NCBI GenBank assembly: GCA_017452475.1
Contig: JAFTMJ010000075.1
Span: 2,962 to 66,961, forward strand
Origin: Clostridia bacterium
Lineage (GTDB): Bacteria; Bacillota; Clostridia; Oscillospirales; CAG-272
DNA: 64,000 nt
Direction of reading: 5' to 3'
The position numbers were made by a program, and so were the translations under genes. Shown piece by piece: positions 55,335 to 64,000 of this stretch. Within the stretch, counting starts at the first letter, position 1, and every line of letters begins with the position of its first letter. The notes under the pieces were generated by a model that made no database searches, was not told the origin of the DNA, and saw only the letters and a program-made list of their open reading frames with translations.

Positions 55335-56924
55335 ATGTTAACTGCAAAAAACCCCATATTAACGGGCTTTCATCCTGACCCCTGCTTATTAAGAGTGGGC
55401 GAGGATTACTACCTTGCAACATCAACATTTCAGTGGTTTCCCGGTGTACAGCTTTATCATTCAAGAGATTTAGTAAACTGGGAGGAAATGCCCTCACCCT
55501 TAAGGCGCAAATCTCAGCTTGATATGGTTGGAAATCCGAATTCGGGCGGAATTTGGGCGCCCTGCTTGACCTATAATAACGGAACTTATTACCTTATATA
55601 TACTAATACCAAGAATTTTCACGGTATTTTCAAGGACGTTCATAATTACCTTGTAACAACCACCGACCTGTACGGTGAATGGAGTGAGCCTATTTACTTA
55701 AATTCAAGCGGCTTTGACCCGTCCCTGTTTCACGATGATGACGGTCGAAAATACCTGCTTAATATGTGCTGGGACCCTCGCCCGGAAAAAAATGACTTTT
55801 CTGGAATTTTGATGCAGGAATACTCCGAAAAGGAGGGCAAGCTAATAGGCGAGGCGAAAAATATATTTGCAGGCACTCCTATTGGCGCAACAGAGGCTCC
55901 TCACCTTTATAAAATTAATGGATATTATTATTTGATGGTTGCAGAGGGCGGCACAATGTACAATCACGGTGTTCAAATGGCTCGCTCAAAGAACATTTGG
56001 GGACCCTATGAGGCTGACCCACAGCCTCTTTTGACCGTTCGTGACAATCCAAGCTCGCCATTGCAGAGAACAGGTCACGGCTCATTAATTGATACACCAA
56101 ACGGAGATTGGTACGTGGCATATCTTTGCGGCAGACCTATTGGCGAAAAGGGCAGATGCACCTTAGGCAGAGAAACCTGTATTGCCGAGGTAAAATGGGA
56201 TGAAAACGGCTGGATTAGATTGAAAAACGGCGGCACAACGCCCCCAACAGAATATAATTCATATTTACCCGAATACAAGGTGGCAAAAGCTCCCGAAACT
56301 GACGTGTTTGATATGGATAAATTGCCCTCAAGATATAATACCTTGCGTATTCCTCTTGATGAAATCGGCTCTTTGTCGGTGCGCAAGGGTTATTTAAGAC
56401 TATACGGTCACGAGGCAATAACCTCTTGGAATAAGCAATCTATGGTAGCAAGAAGGCTTCAGCACCATAAAGCAGAGGCGACAATTGAGATGGAGTTTGA
56501 CCCGAAGAATTTTCAGCAAACAGCGGGATTGAGTGTATTTTACGATACGTATAATTTCTTTTACCTCTTTATGTCTTATGAGGAAGAGGGTAAAAATGTT
56601 CTTCGAATAATCGTTCGTGACAGCTTGAAGTTTTATGATCCCCTTATGCGCGGTGTTGATATTGGCAGCGCAACAAAGGTGTGGCTAAGAGCAAAAATTG
56701 ATAATTGCACCCTTCAATTCTACTACTCATTAAACGGAGTAGATTATTTTGAAATTGCAGGAGCGCTTGATTGCTCAAATCTTGCAGACGAGGCATATTG
56801 CGACATAGACCACGAGGGACATACGGGCACCTACATTGCAATGTGCTGCAATGACCAATCCACAGGCGAAAACGAAAACCGTTGCTTTGCCGATTTTAAA
56901 CAAATTACCTATAAGCAAATATAA
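55335..56924 (+). CDS. GH43 beta-xylosidase / alpha-L-arabinofuranosidase (XynB-like)
   Basis: NPILTGFHPDPCLLRVGEDYYLATSTFQWFPGVQLYHSRDLVNW, a catalytic region with EAPHLY, and a C-terminal beta-sandwich. Confidence 0.85.
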   Translation: MLTAKNPILTGFHPDPCLLRVGEDYYLATSTFQWFPGVQLYHSRDLVNWEEMPSPLRRKSQLDMVGNPNSGGIWAPCLTYNNGTYYLIYTNTKNFHGIFKDVHNYLVTTTDLYGEWSEPIYLNSSGFDPSLFHDDDGRKYLLNMCWDPRPEKNDFSGILMQEYSEKEGKLIGEAKNIFAGTPIGATEAPHLYKINGYYYLMVAEGGTMYNHGVQMARSKNIWGPYEADPQPLLTVRDNPSSPLQRTGHGSLIDTPNGDWYVAYLCGRPIGEKGRCTLGRETCIAEVKWDENGWIRLKNGGTTPPTEYNSYLPEYKVAKAPETDVFDMDKLPSRYNTLRIPLDEIGSLSVRKGYLRLYGHEAITSWNKQSMVARRLQHHKAEATIEMEFDPKNFQQTAGLSVFYDTYNFFYLFMSYEEEGKNVLRIIVRDSLKFYDPLMRGVDIGSATKVWLRAKIDNCTLQFYYSLNGVDYFEIAGALDCSNLADEAYCDIDHEGHTGTYIAMCCNDQSTGENENRCFADFKQITYKQI

Positions 56925-56961
56925 AAAATCACTGTCGCAAATGTTTTTGCGACAGTGATTT

Positions 56962-57861
56962 TTATTCTATAACCGGATTTTTACCTAAATCAAGCACCTT
57001 GAATTTTCGCGATTCTTGCCTGTATCCGCTTGGTGTTAAGCCGACCTCGTTCTTGAAGGTCTTGCTAAAGAAATTAAGGTCATCGTACCCGCAGGTAATT
57101 GCAACCTCGGTAATAGGTAAATCCGTAAATTCAAGCAGCTCCTTCGCCGAGCTCATTCTTAGTTCAATGATATATTTTGTGGGTGATACTCCCATAATGT
57201 TTTTAAAATGCTTGTTGTATGTTGTCATACACATATTTTCTATGGAGGCAAGGTGCGGAATTGGGATTTTTTTATTAAAATATTCATTAATATAATTGAT
57301 GGATTTGTTTAAAAGTATAGTACCTTTTCCCGCGCCTTCGCTGGCGCGAGCAGCTTCTATCAAAATTCTTTCAAGCAAGCAGGACAGGTCGTAGTCACGG
57401 AAGCGATCGTTTCTTGCAAATCCCTCAAAAAGCTTTTTAAAGCGCAATTGCATATGGTTCTTTGGATTTAAAGTGTTAATTTTAGGAAAAACAGGGATAC
57501 CGTATTCTTCTAATTTAGAAACAACCTCCGAGCCTGTAAAATGTACGGTTAAAAAATAAATAGTTTCTCCTGCGCAATCGATTTCGTAAGGAGTTTTAGG
57601 TGGAAAGATTGCAACATCTCCGCCCTCAATGACGGCATCACCCGAGGGTGTTTTGGCTTTTAATGTTCCTTCTATAACATAAATAAGCATATAATCAAGT
57701 CGCCCCTCAGCATTGGTATTTTTGTGCTGCTCAGGGGTGTTAACACAGCTTGCGCAGTTTACAATAAGCGGCCTGTTATGTGATTCTTCACTTGCATAGC
57801 TTGTATCGGACCAGTTTAAATATTTGCCGTTATATTTTAAATAGTATAGGTAACTTTTCAA
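56962..57861 (-). CDS. AraC-family transcriptional regulator (cupin domain plus HTH)
   Basis: The preferred start is TTG at 57861, 7 nt after GGAGGAG (the track starts at 57882). C-terminal HTH: LASIENMCMTTYNKHFKNIMGVSPTKYIIELRMSSAKELL. Confidence 0.75.
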   Translation of the reverse strand: MKSYLYYLKYNGKYLNWSDTSYASEESHNRPLIVNCASCVNTPEQHKNTNAEGRLDYMLIYVIEGTLKAKTPSGDAVIEGGDVAIFPPKTPYEIDCAGETIYFLTVHFTGSEVVSKLEEYGIPVFPKINTLNPKNHMQLRFKKLFEGFARNDRFRDYDLSCLLERILIEAARASEGAGKGTILLNKSINYINEYFNKKIPIPHLASIENMCMTTYNKHFKNIMGVSPTKYIIELRMSSAKELLEFTDLPITEVAITCGYDDLNFFSKTFKNEVGLTPSGYRQESRKFKVLDLGKNPVIE

Positions 57862-57981
57862 ATCAGAACTCCTCCGCGTCAAATATTACTAATGGTGTGT
57901 CAAATTTTCAATTTACTTTGTCTGGTTATTATTGTATCATATAAGTGTAAAAATGTCAAATATTACAAAAGGAGAATATTT

Positions 57982-59514
57982 ATGAAGAAAAAGATTTTGT
58001 TTTTGCTAATTGCTGTATCATTGATTTGCTTAATGGCAATTTCAATCAGTGCAGAGCGTTACACCCCGACCTTTGGAGCTGTAACTACAGTTGATGGCAT
58101 TGCTGAGCCAAAAATTTTGGATACTACCTCAAGGGTAGTTATGACAGACGGTACAACATACCCTGCATACTACATTTTGAATGACTCAACAAGCTTTTCG
58201 CCTAATTTTAACAAGCTTAACAATGCGCTTAAAGCTTTAGGTCAAACCGTTTCATATAGCAGAGGAACCGTTAAAGCTTTGGAAATTCCCGAGGGCATTA
58301 TTGATCTTCCTTCGTGCTATAACGCAGGTGGCTTTTTCCAGGGCGACAAGTTTACTCCAACTATTGAGTATTTGCGCCTGCCAAGCACACTTGAAACTAT
58401 GGGTGATGCTGCGATTTACAGAATTAATACCCTTAAGGTTATTGATAATTTTGAGAATACAAAGGTGGTAAATATTCCAACAAGGTTAGAAGGACTTTCT
58501 TCTTTGCAATATATCCACTTACCAAACACTGTTAAGACTATTCCAGGAGGAGCTTTTAGAGATTGTACGAGCGTAGAGTATATTATTTTGGGTGCATCAA
58601 TTGAAGAAATTAATACTCAAGCATTTCTTTATGCAGGAAAAAACTCGGGAAAAGAGTGCTTAAAGCTTTATGTTTCAGGCTCACTTCTTTCTGTTGTAAA
58701 TGCATATGGTGACGGACCTCTACAAGGCTCAAACGCTGTGGTTGTTTTGTATTATACAGGTACGCTTACCGATGTGGGTATGCAGCAAATGATAACAGGA
58801 ACAGGAATTAAAAAGGGTGCTTCTAAGTGGAAGTTTGTAGATGCAAGCGCTAAGGACTTTGATAAGAATGCCACATATACAGAAAGCACAATAATTTATA
58901 ATTATAATGCTTGTGACGCATTTTATAACGGCGAGCATGTAATGGAGAATGTAAGCGGATGTCAGGTGAAATGTAAGAATTGCGGTCTTGCACAAGAGAA
59001 GGATAATTCCGTACATACAAATACAGTAACGATGCAAAAAACAGAGAAGGGCTACTTTGATACTATCGTAGCATCAACCGTCTGCAGTAGCTGCGGCAAG
59101 GTTGAAAAGGAAGAAAGTATTGCGCCTTTGTTTACACATCTTGGTTATTCAGTGTCCACATATGGTGACGGATACGCAATGGTACAGGGCTACTATGTAA
59201 ATAAAGCAGCGGTAGATGCTTACAAGTACTATGCACCAAACTTCAAATTCGGTGTTATAGCTGCAAACAACGCAACAGAAGGAAGCATTGCTCCTAAAGT
59301 AGATGATGCAAATGCTATAGCTGCCCCACTTGATAACCTAAATCATGATTATTTCGATATTAAAATTTCGGGAATACCGGTAGACAAGTGCGATTCCTTA
59401 TTAGTTTTCTGTGCATATGTAATTGAAAGTGACGTTATGTATTATTTAGATAATAATGTAACCTCAACATCGGTTACCGGCTTTTCTTACAATCAAGTTT
59501 CTCAAATGAAGTAA
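57982..59514 (+). CDS. Secreted LRR_5 (BspA-like) protein, paralogous to 23869-25647
   Basis: ATG at 57982 after AAGGAG and a signal peptide ending ISA-E. It has LRR_5 units and shares a C-terminal module with the first LRR protein (IIYNYNACDAFY, LFTHLGYSV). Confidence 0.8.
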   Translation: MKKKILFLLIAVSLICLMAISISAERYTPTFGAVTTVDGIAEPKILDTTSRVVMTDGTTYPAYYILNDSTSFSPNFNKLNNALKALGQTVSYSRGTVKALEIPEGIIDLPSCYNAGGFFQGDKFTPTIEYLRLPSTLETMGDAAIYRINTLKVIDNFENTKVVNIPTRLEGLSSLQYIHLPNTVKTIPGGAFRDCTSVEYIILGASIEEINTQAFLYAGKNSGKECLKLYVSGSLLSVVNAYGDGPLQGSNAVVVLYYTGTLTDVGMQQMITGTGIKKGASKWKFVDASAKDFDKNATYTESTIIYNYNACDAFYNGEHVMENVSGCQVKCKNCGLAQEKDNSVHTNTVTMQKTEKGYFDTIVASTVCSSCGKVEKEESIAPLFTHLGYSVSTYGDGYAMVQGYYVNKAAVDAYKYYAPNFKFGVIAANNATEGSIAPKVDDANAIAAPLDNLNHDYFDIKISGIPVDKCDSLLVFCAYVIESDVMYYLDNNVTSTSVTGFSYNQVSQMK

Positions 59515-59516
59515 GC

Positions 59517-59550
59517 AAAATCCCACGGCACTGCCGTGGGATTTTTGTTG
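59517..59550 (+). terminator. Rho-independent terminator
   Basis: AAAATCCCACGGC-A-CTGCCGTGGGATTTT followed by TGTTG. Confidence 0.85.
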
Positions 59551-59754
59551 TAAAAAGCAAACGTAATATAGAAAAACCGACAGATTGCATAATATTCAGC
59601 AAAAATTGAATTATTTTTCAAAAAACCTGAAAAAATCTTCAAAAAGGTATTGACATTACTTTAGTGTAGTAGTATAATAAAGCATATTTATTTTTTTGCA
59701 AGGACTAATATATAAATATATTAGGTTGCAAAAGAGATTTTGGAGGATAGAATT

Positions 59755-60843
59755 ATGAGTAGAGTTTACAATTTTTCAGCAGGACCGTCAATGCTCCCAT
59801 TACAGGTGCTTGAGACATGCGCAAAGGATATGCTTGACTACAACGGTAGCGGTATGTCCGTTATGGAGATGAGTCATAGATCCCCTGTTTATGATGAAAT
59901 TATTAAGGATGCTGAGGCAAAGCTCCGTCAGCTTATGAATATTCCTGACAATTATAAGGTTCTTTTCTTGCAGGGCGGCGCTTCAACACAGTTTGCGGCA
60001 GTTCCTCTTAACCTTATGAATAAGAACAAAAAGGCTGATTACATTGTTTCGGGTCAGTTCTCAGGCAAGGCGCAAAAGGAAGCTGTAAAGTACGGTGATG
60101 TTAAGATTGCCGCTTCCAGTAAGGATGCTAACTTTACATTTGTTCCTAAGACAGATAGAAGCTCCTTCCGCCCCGATGCTGACTATGTTCACATCTGCTT
60201 TAACAATACAATTTACGGTACAAAGTTCCCATACATTCCCGACACAGGTGACATTCCCCTTGTTGCTGATATGTCATCCTGCATTATTAGTGAGCCGGTT
60301 GATGTTTCTAAGTTCGGTATGATTTACGCAGGCGCACAGAAGAATATGGCTCCTGCGGGACTTACAGTTGTTATCATCCGTGAGGATTTGATGGGCAACG
60401 CAAGAGAAGACATTCCTGTTATGCTTGACTACAAGACAATGGCAGATAATGATTCTATGTATAACACACCGCCTTGCTACTGCATCTATGTTGCTAAGCT
60501 CGTTTATGAGTGGATTTTGGGTCTTGGCGGACTTGAAAAGATGAAGGAAATGAACCAAAAGAAGGCAGCGCTTCTTTATGATTATCTTGACAGCCAGGAT
60601 TACTACATTGCTCCTGTGGAAAAGGAAAGCCGTTCTATGATGAACGTTACATTTGTAACAGGCGATGCTGATCTTGACAAGAAGTTTGCTAAGGAAGCAG
60701 ATGCACAGGGTCTTAAGAACCTTAAGGGTCACCGTTCCGTTGGCGGTATGAGAGCATCTATTTACAACGCAATGCCATATGAGGGCGTTGAAAAGCTTGT
60801 AGAATTTATGAAGGAATTTGCAAAAAACAACCCAAAGGCGTAA
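59755..60843 (+). CDS. serC: Phosphoserine aminotransferase
   Basis: ATG at 59755 after GGAGG. YNFSAGPSMLP...GAQKN(M)...KGHRSVGGMRASIYNA. Confidence 0.95.
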   Translation: MSRVYNFSAGPSMLPLQVLETCAKDMLDYNGSGMSVMEMSHRSPVYDEIIKDAEAKLRQLMNIPDNYKVLFLQGGASTQFAAVPLNLMNKNKKADYIVSGQFSGKAQKEAVKYGDVKIAASSKDANFTFVPKTDRSSFRPDADYVHICFNNTIYGTKFPYIPDTGDIPLVADMSSCIISEPVDVSKFGMIYAGAQKNMAPAGLTVVIIREDLMGNAREDIPVMLDYKTMADNDSMYNTPPCYCIYVAKLVYEWILGLGGLEKMKEMNQKKAALLYDYLDSQDYYIAPVEKESRSMMNVTFVTGDADLDKKFAKEADAQGLKNLKGHRSVGGMRASIYNAMPYEGVEKLVEFMKEFAKNNPKA

Positions 60844-60858
60844 TTTAAGAGGTACACA

Positions 60859-62019
60859 ATGAAAAATATTAAGTTAATGAATAAAATTGCATCTGTCGGA
60901 ACAGATATATTTGACAGAAGCATATACAATGTGGCAGACGACGTAAATAATGCGGATGCTATTATGGTGCGTTCCGCCGCTTTACACGAGATGGAGTTTA
61001 ACCCGGAGCTTGAGGCTATCGCAAGATGCGGCGCAGGTGTAAACAACATTCCCGTTGACAAATGCACAGAGAACGGCGTTGTAGTATTTAATACTCCGGG
61101 CGCTAACGCAAACGGCGTTAAGGAGCTTGCAATTTGCGCTCTTATTATGGCTGCAAGAGATGTTGTTGGAGGCATTAAGTGGGCAGAGAGCTTAAAGGGT
61201 CAAGAGGGTGTTGCTAAGCTTGTTGAAAAGGGCAAGAGCGCCTATGTTGGTAATGAGCTTGTAGGCAAAAAGCTTGGCGTTATCGGTCTTGGTGCTATCG
61301 GCGGTATGGTTGCAAACGCAGCAAACGCTCTTGGTATGGTTGTTATGGGCTGTGACCCATACATCACTCCTCGCGCGGCTTGGAGCTTGGCTCCTGCAAT
61401 TAAGCAGGCATCCAGCTATGAGGAAATCTATAAAACCTGTGACTATATTTCTATTCACGTTCCCGCAACTCCTCAAACAAAGAATATGATTTGCGAAAAG
61501 ACCCTTTCTATGATGAAGGACGGAGTTAAGATTATCAACCTTGCAAGAGCAGACCTTGTTAATGCGGCTGATATTAAAAAAGCAATCGCTGAAGGTAAGG
61601 TTTCAAGATATATTGTTGACTTCCCAACCGAGGAAACTGTTGGCGAAGCCGGTATTGTTAATATTCCACACTTGGGCGCTTCTACCTTTGAGAGTGAGGA
61701 TCACTGCGCAGTTATGGCTGCAAAGCAGCTTGATGAGTACTTAAAGTGCGGTAACATAGTTAACAGTGTTAACTTCCCGAATGTTTCTATGCCACATAAT
61801 TCTGCTGCAAGAGTTTGTGTAATGCACAAGAATATTCCAAATATGATTTCACAGATTACAGCTGCCTTTGCCGCTTCCAATGTTAACATTGAGAACCTTG
61901 CAAACGGCTCTAAGGGTGATGTTGCTTATACGATTGTTGAAACAAACGATAAGGCTGATGAGGCAATTGTCAGCAGTGTTTCCGCAATTGATGGCGTATT
62001 CAAGGTAAAGTGCTATTAA
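60859..62019 (+). CDS. serA: D-3-phosphoglycerate dehydrogenase with a C-terminal ACT domain
   Basis: NAD motif LGVIGLGAIGG, catalytic context ARADLV...PHLGAST, and an ACT-like tail. Confidence 0.85.
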   Translation: MKNIKLMNKIASVGTDIFDRSIYNVADDVNNADAIMVRSAALHEMEFNPELEAIARCGAGVNNIPVDKCTENGVVVFNTPGANANGVKELAICALIMAARDVVGGIKWAESLKGQEGVAKLVEKGKSAYVGNELVGKKLGVIGLGAIGGMVANAANALGMVVMGCDPYITPRAAWSLAPAIKQASSYEEIYKTCDYISIHVPATPQTKNMICEKTLSMMKDGVKIINLARADLVNAADIKKAIAEGKVSRYIVDFPTEETVGEAGIVNIPHLGASTFESEDHCAVMAAKQLDEYLKCGNIVNSVNFPNVSMPHNSAARVCVMHKNIPNMISQITAAFAASNVNIENLANGSKGDVAYTIVETNDKADEAIVSSVSAIDGVFKVKCY

Positions 62020-62072
62020 TTTTCGCAACAAAAGCAATAGCTTTTGAACAATAATTTTATCCTTTTTTCAGG

Positions 62073-62109
62073 GGAACAGGCATCCGTAAGGGTGCCTGTT
62101 TCTCGTTTT
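62073..62109 (+). terminator. Terminator after serA
   Basis: GGAACAGGCATCC-GTAA-GGGTGCCTGTTTC followed by TCGTTTT. Confidence 0.6.
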
Positions 62110-62187
62110 AACTAAAAAGCATAAAATTTTTAGAAAAAGGGAATCATATCATAAACAGCTACAATAATATATTTTTATAAAACGGTC

Positions 62188-62216
62188 TTGACAAGAAAAT
62201 AAAAAAATGATAAAAT
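62188..62216 (+). promoter_or_regulatory. Sigma-A promoter of the P-type ATPase gene
   Basis: TTGACA, 17-nt spacer, TAAAAT. Confidence 0.7.
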
Positions 62217-62221
62217 TGTTT

Positions 62222-62336
62222 CATAAGGGAGTAATCGGCGGTTCCCCGCAATAAAGTCAACAACAAGATCGCAGATCTGGCTTTATTTTAAATGATGAGA
62301 CTTATCTGTGCTTTTACAGGTAGGTCGTTTTTATTT
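62222..62336 (+). promoter_or_regulatory. yybP-ykoY (Mn2+) riboswitch with a terminator that competes with P1
   Basis: CATAAGGGAGTAATCGGCGG...AAAGTC...TGGCTTTAT...GAGACTTATC parallels the conserved GGGGAGUAG / AAAGUC / GGCUUU / AGAC blocks. P1 is ATAAG/CTTAT. An 11-bp terminator, GACTTATCTGT/ACAGGTAGGTC followed by GTTTTTATTT, reuses the 3' arm of P1. Confidence 0.7.
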
Positions 62337-62367
62337 AATGCCGAAATTTTCAAATTGGAGAAAACAA

Positions 62368-64000
62368 GTGAAAGAGTACTTAAGAAGTAAAGAAGAGGTT
62401 CTTAACGAGCTTGAGGTTACCGAAAACGGTCTTTCCGCAAATGAAGCAGAGGCCCGCTTGGAGAAAAACGGTAAAAATAAGCTTGCAGAGGGCAAAAAAG
62501 AGTCATTAGTTCACAGGTTTTTAAAGCAGCTTGCTGAGCCAATGACAATTATCTTAATTGTTGCCGCAATTATTTCGGGTGTGCTTGCAATCGTTGAAAA
62601 GGAATTTCCAACGGATGTAATCATCATTATGGCAGTAGTTTTGATAAATGCTGTTTTGGGCGTGCTACAGGAGAGTAAGGCGGAAAAGGCACTGGAGGCT
62701 CTTGAAAAGATTGCCGCCGCCACCTCAAAGGTTATTCGTGACGGTCACCAAATTTCTATTAAGAGTGAGGATTTGGTTGTTGGTGACATAATCGTTTTGG
62801 AGGCAGGTGATGCAGTTCCTGCAGATTGCCGTATAATTGAGTGTGCAAGCCTTAAAATTGAGGAGGCAGCCTTAACAGGTGAGAGTGTTCCTGTTGATAA
62901 AAAGGAGGCAGCTCTTGAGGCAGGCGCAAGCGGTGATGTCCCCTTGGGTGACCGTAAAAATATGGTGTTTATGGGTAGCACCGTTGTTTACGGCAGAGGC
63001 AAGGCGGTTGTTGTTGCAACAGGTATGGATACCGAAATGGGCAAGATTGCCGATGCGCTAACAAATGCGCAGGAGGGCAAAACCCCACTTCAGAGAAAGC
63101 TTAGTCAGCTTAGTAAAATCCTTACCTACTTGGTAATCGGCATTTGCGTTCTTGTATTCGCTATAAACATTATCCGTTCCTTGGCAACAGGCGCCGATAT
63201 CAACTTCGGCACAGTTCTTGACACCTTTATGGTTGCTATTTCCTTAGCGGTTGCAGCAATCCCTGAGGGACTTGCAACGGTTGTTACCATCGTTCTTTCT
63301 ATTGGCGTTACCAATATGTCCAAGAGAAATGCGATTATAAGAAAGCTTACAGCGGTTGAAACCCTTGGCTGTACACAAATTATCTGCTCTGATAAAACAG
63401 GTACATTGACACAGAATAAGATGACCGTTGTGGAAAGCTTTAGCAATGATGAGGCTCTGCTTGCAAACGGTATGTCCCTGTGCTCCGATGCGGAATTTGA
63501 TGTAAATGTTAACGCCGCAATCGGTGAACCTACAGAGTGCGCGCTTGTTAACTATGCAGAAAAGCTTAACCTTTCTAAGAACAGTCAAAAGGGCATATAT
63601 CCCCGTATCGGCGAGGTACCGTTTGACTCAATGAGAAAGATGATGACCACCGTTCACAATAAAGGTGGTGAGCTTGTTCAGTTTACGAAGGGCGCTCCCG
63701 ATGAAATATTAAAGCGTTGCACCTACACCTATGAAAATGGTGAGCCTGTTTCCTTAAGCGATGAAAAGAGACAGGAAATAATGAACGCAAACAAGGCTAT
63801 GGCAGATAAGGCGTTGCGCGTACTTGCACTTGGCTTTAAAAAGCTTGACAGTGAGCCTACTGTATACGAGGCAGAGCCACTTGAAAATGACCTTTGCTTT
63901 GTCGGCTTGGTTGGTATGATTGACCCTGTAAGACCGGAGGTTAAGCCCGCAATTGACGAGTGTCGTAGTGCTGGTATCCGTCCAATTATGATTACAGGTG
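62368..64000 (+). CDS. Cation-transporting P-type ATPase (P2, Ca2+/Mn2+-type), partial at the right edge
   Basis: Absent from the ORF track because it is open-ended. GTG at 62368, 8 nt after GGAG. VKEYLRSKEEVLNELEVTENGLSANEAEARLEKNGKNKL..., then TGESVPV and the phosphorylation motif ICSDKTGTLTQNKM. Confidence 0.9.
   Translation, partial: MKEYLRSKEEVLNELEVTENGLSANEAEARLEKNGKNKLAEGKKESLVHRFLKQLAEPMTIILIVAAIISGVLAIVEKEFPTDVIIIMAVVLINAVLGVLQESKAEKALEALEKIAAATSKVIRDGHQISIKSEDLVVGDIIVLEAGDAVPADCRIIECASLKIEEAALTGESVPVDKKEAALEAGASGDVPLGDRKNMVFMGSTVVYGRGKAVVVATGMDTEMGKIADALTNAQEGKTPLQRKLSQLSKILTYLVIGICVLVFAINIIRSLATGADINFGTVLDTFMVAISLAVAAIPEGLATVVTIVLSIGVTNMSKRNAIIRKLTAVETLGCTQIICSDKTGTLTQNKMTVVESFSNDEALLANGMSLCSDAEFDVNVNAAIGEPTECALVNYAEKLNLSKNSQKGIYPRIGEVPFDSMRKMMTTVHNKGGELVQFTKGAPDEILKRCTYTYENGEPVSLSDEKRQEIMNANKAMADKALRVLALGFKKLDSEPTVYEAEPLENDLCFVGLVGMIDPVRPEVKPAIDECRSAGIRPIMITG

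Noticed and set aside
59690-59740. An AT-only palindrome, CTAATATATAAATATATTAG, in the serC leader
   Set aside because: It is a perfect dyad, but AT-only sequence in an AT-rich leader is likely to arise by chance. I know of no serine-responsive element that it resembles.
1-64000. A search for CRISPR arrays, rRNA genes, integrases or transposases, toxin-antitoxin pairs and recognisable defence-system genes
   Set aside because: None found by reading the six-frame track and the intergenic regions. The only mobility signatures are the two duplicated 3'-end scars, at tRNA-Arg and at rumA.

Overview
This 64 kb window looks like chromosomal DNA from a low-GC Gram-positive anaerobe, probably a Clostridia or Oscillospiraceae-type gut organism. 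That placement is an inference from four things: near-perfect TTGACA-17-TATAAT promoters, GGAGG ribosome-binding sites, an L21-Prp-L27 operon, and the HydABC and AdhE genes. Most of the window is core metabolism. In order it contains: niaR-pncA, tRNA-Arg(CCT), radC, two 23S rRNA methyltransferases, a CpsB/CpsC/CpsD-type exopolysaccharide control module with an O-antigen-ligase-like protein, a B12-radical SAM protein, Mrp plus a trimeric electron-bifurcating [FeFe] hydrogenase, glycoside hydrolase and AraC loci, rplU-prp-rpmA, a SufC/SufBD pair, adhE, a metF-metH operon, ldhA, a ZTP-riboswitch-controlled purEFMN-purO-purH-purD-purL operon, serC-serA, and a Mn-riboswitch-controlled P-type ATPase that runs off the right edge. 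I saw no CRISPR array, rRNA gene, integrase or transposase. The most unusual items are these. (1) A self-contained three-gene module at 3373-4841: an HprK/PEPCK-like P-loop protein, a PqqD-like peptide-recognition protein and an anchorless SipW-type S24/S26 peptidase, with no precursor peptide and no core RiPP enzyme nearby. (2) A duplicated rumA 3' end that brackets a roughly 0.95 kb AT-rich insert carrying one orphan ORF. (3) A structured 144-bp-period tandem duplication next to tRNA-Arg that includes a displaced copy of the tRNA 3' end. (4) A PurF whose catalytic N-terminal Cys is replaced by the initiator Met. (5) A BY-kinase with 19 Tyr in a 47-residue tail. (6) Three paralogous secreted LRR proteins, two of them paired with AraC regulators. 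All family assignments come from reading motifs by eye. No database search was run.
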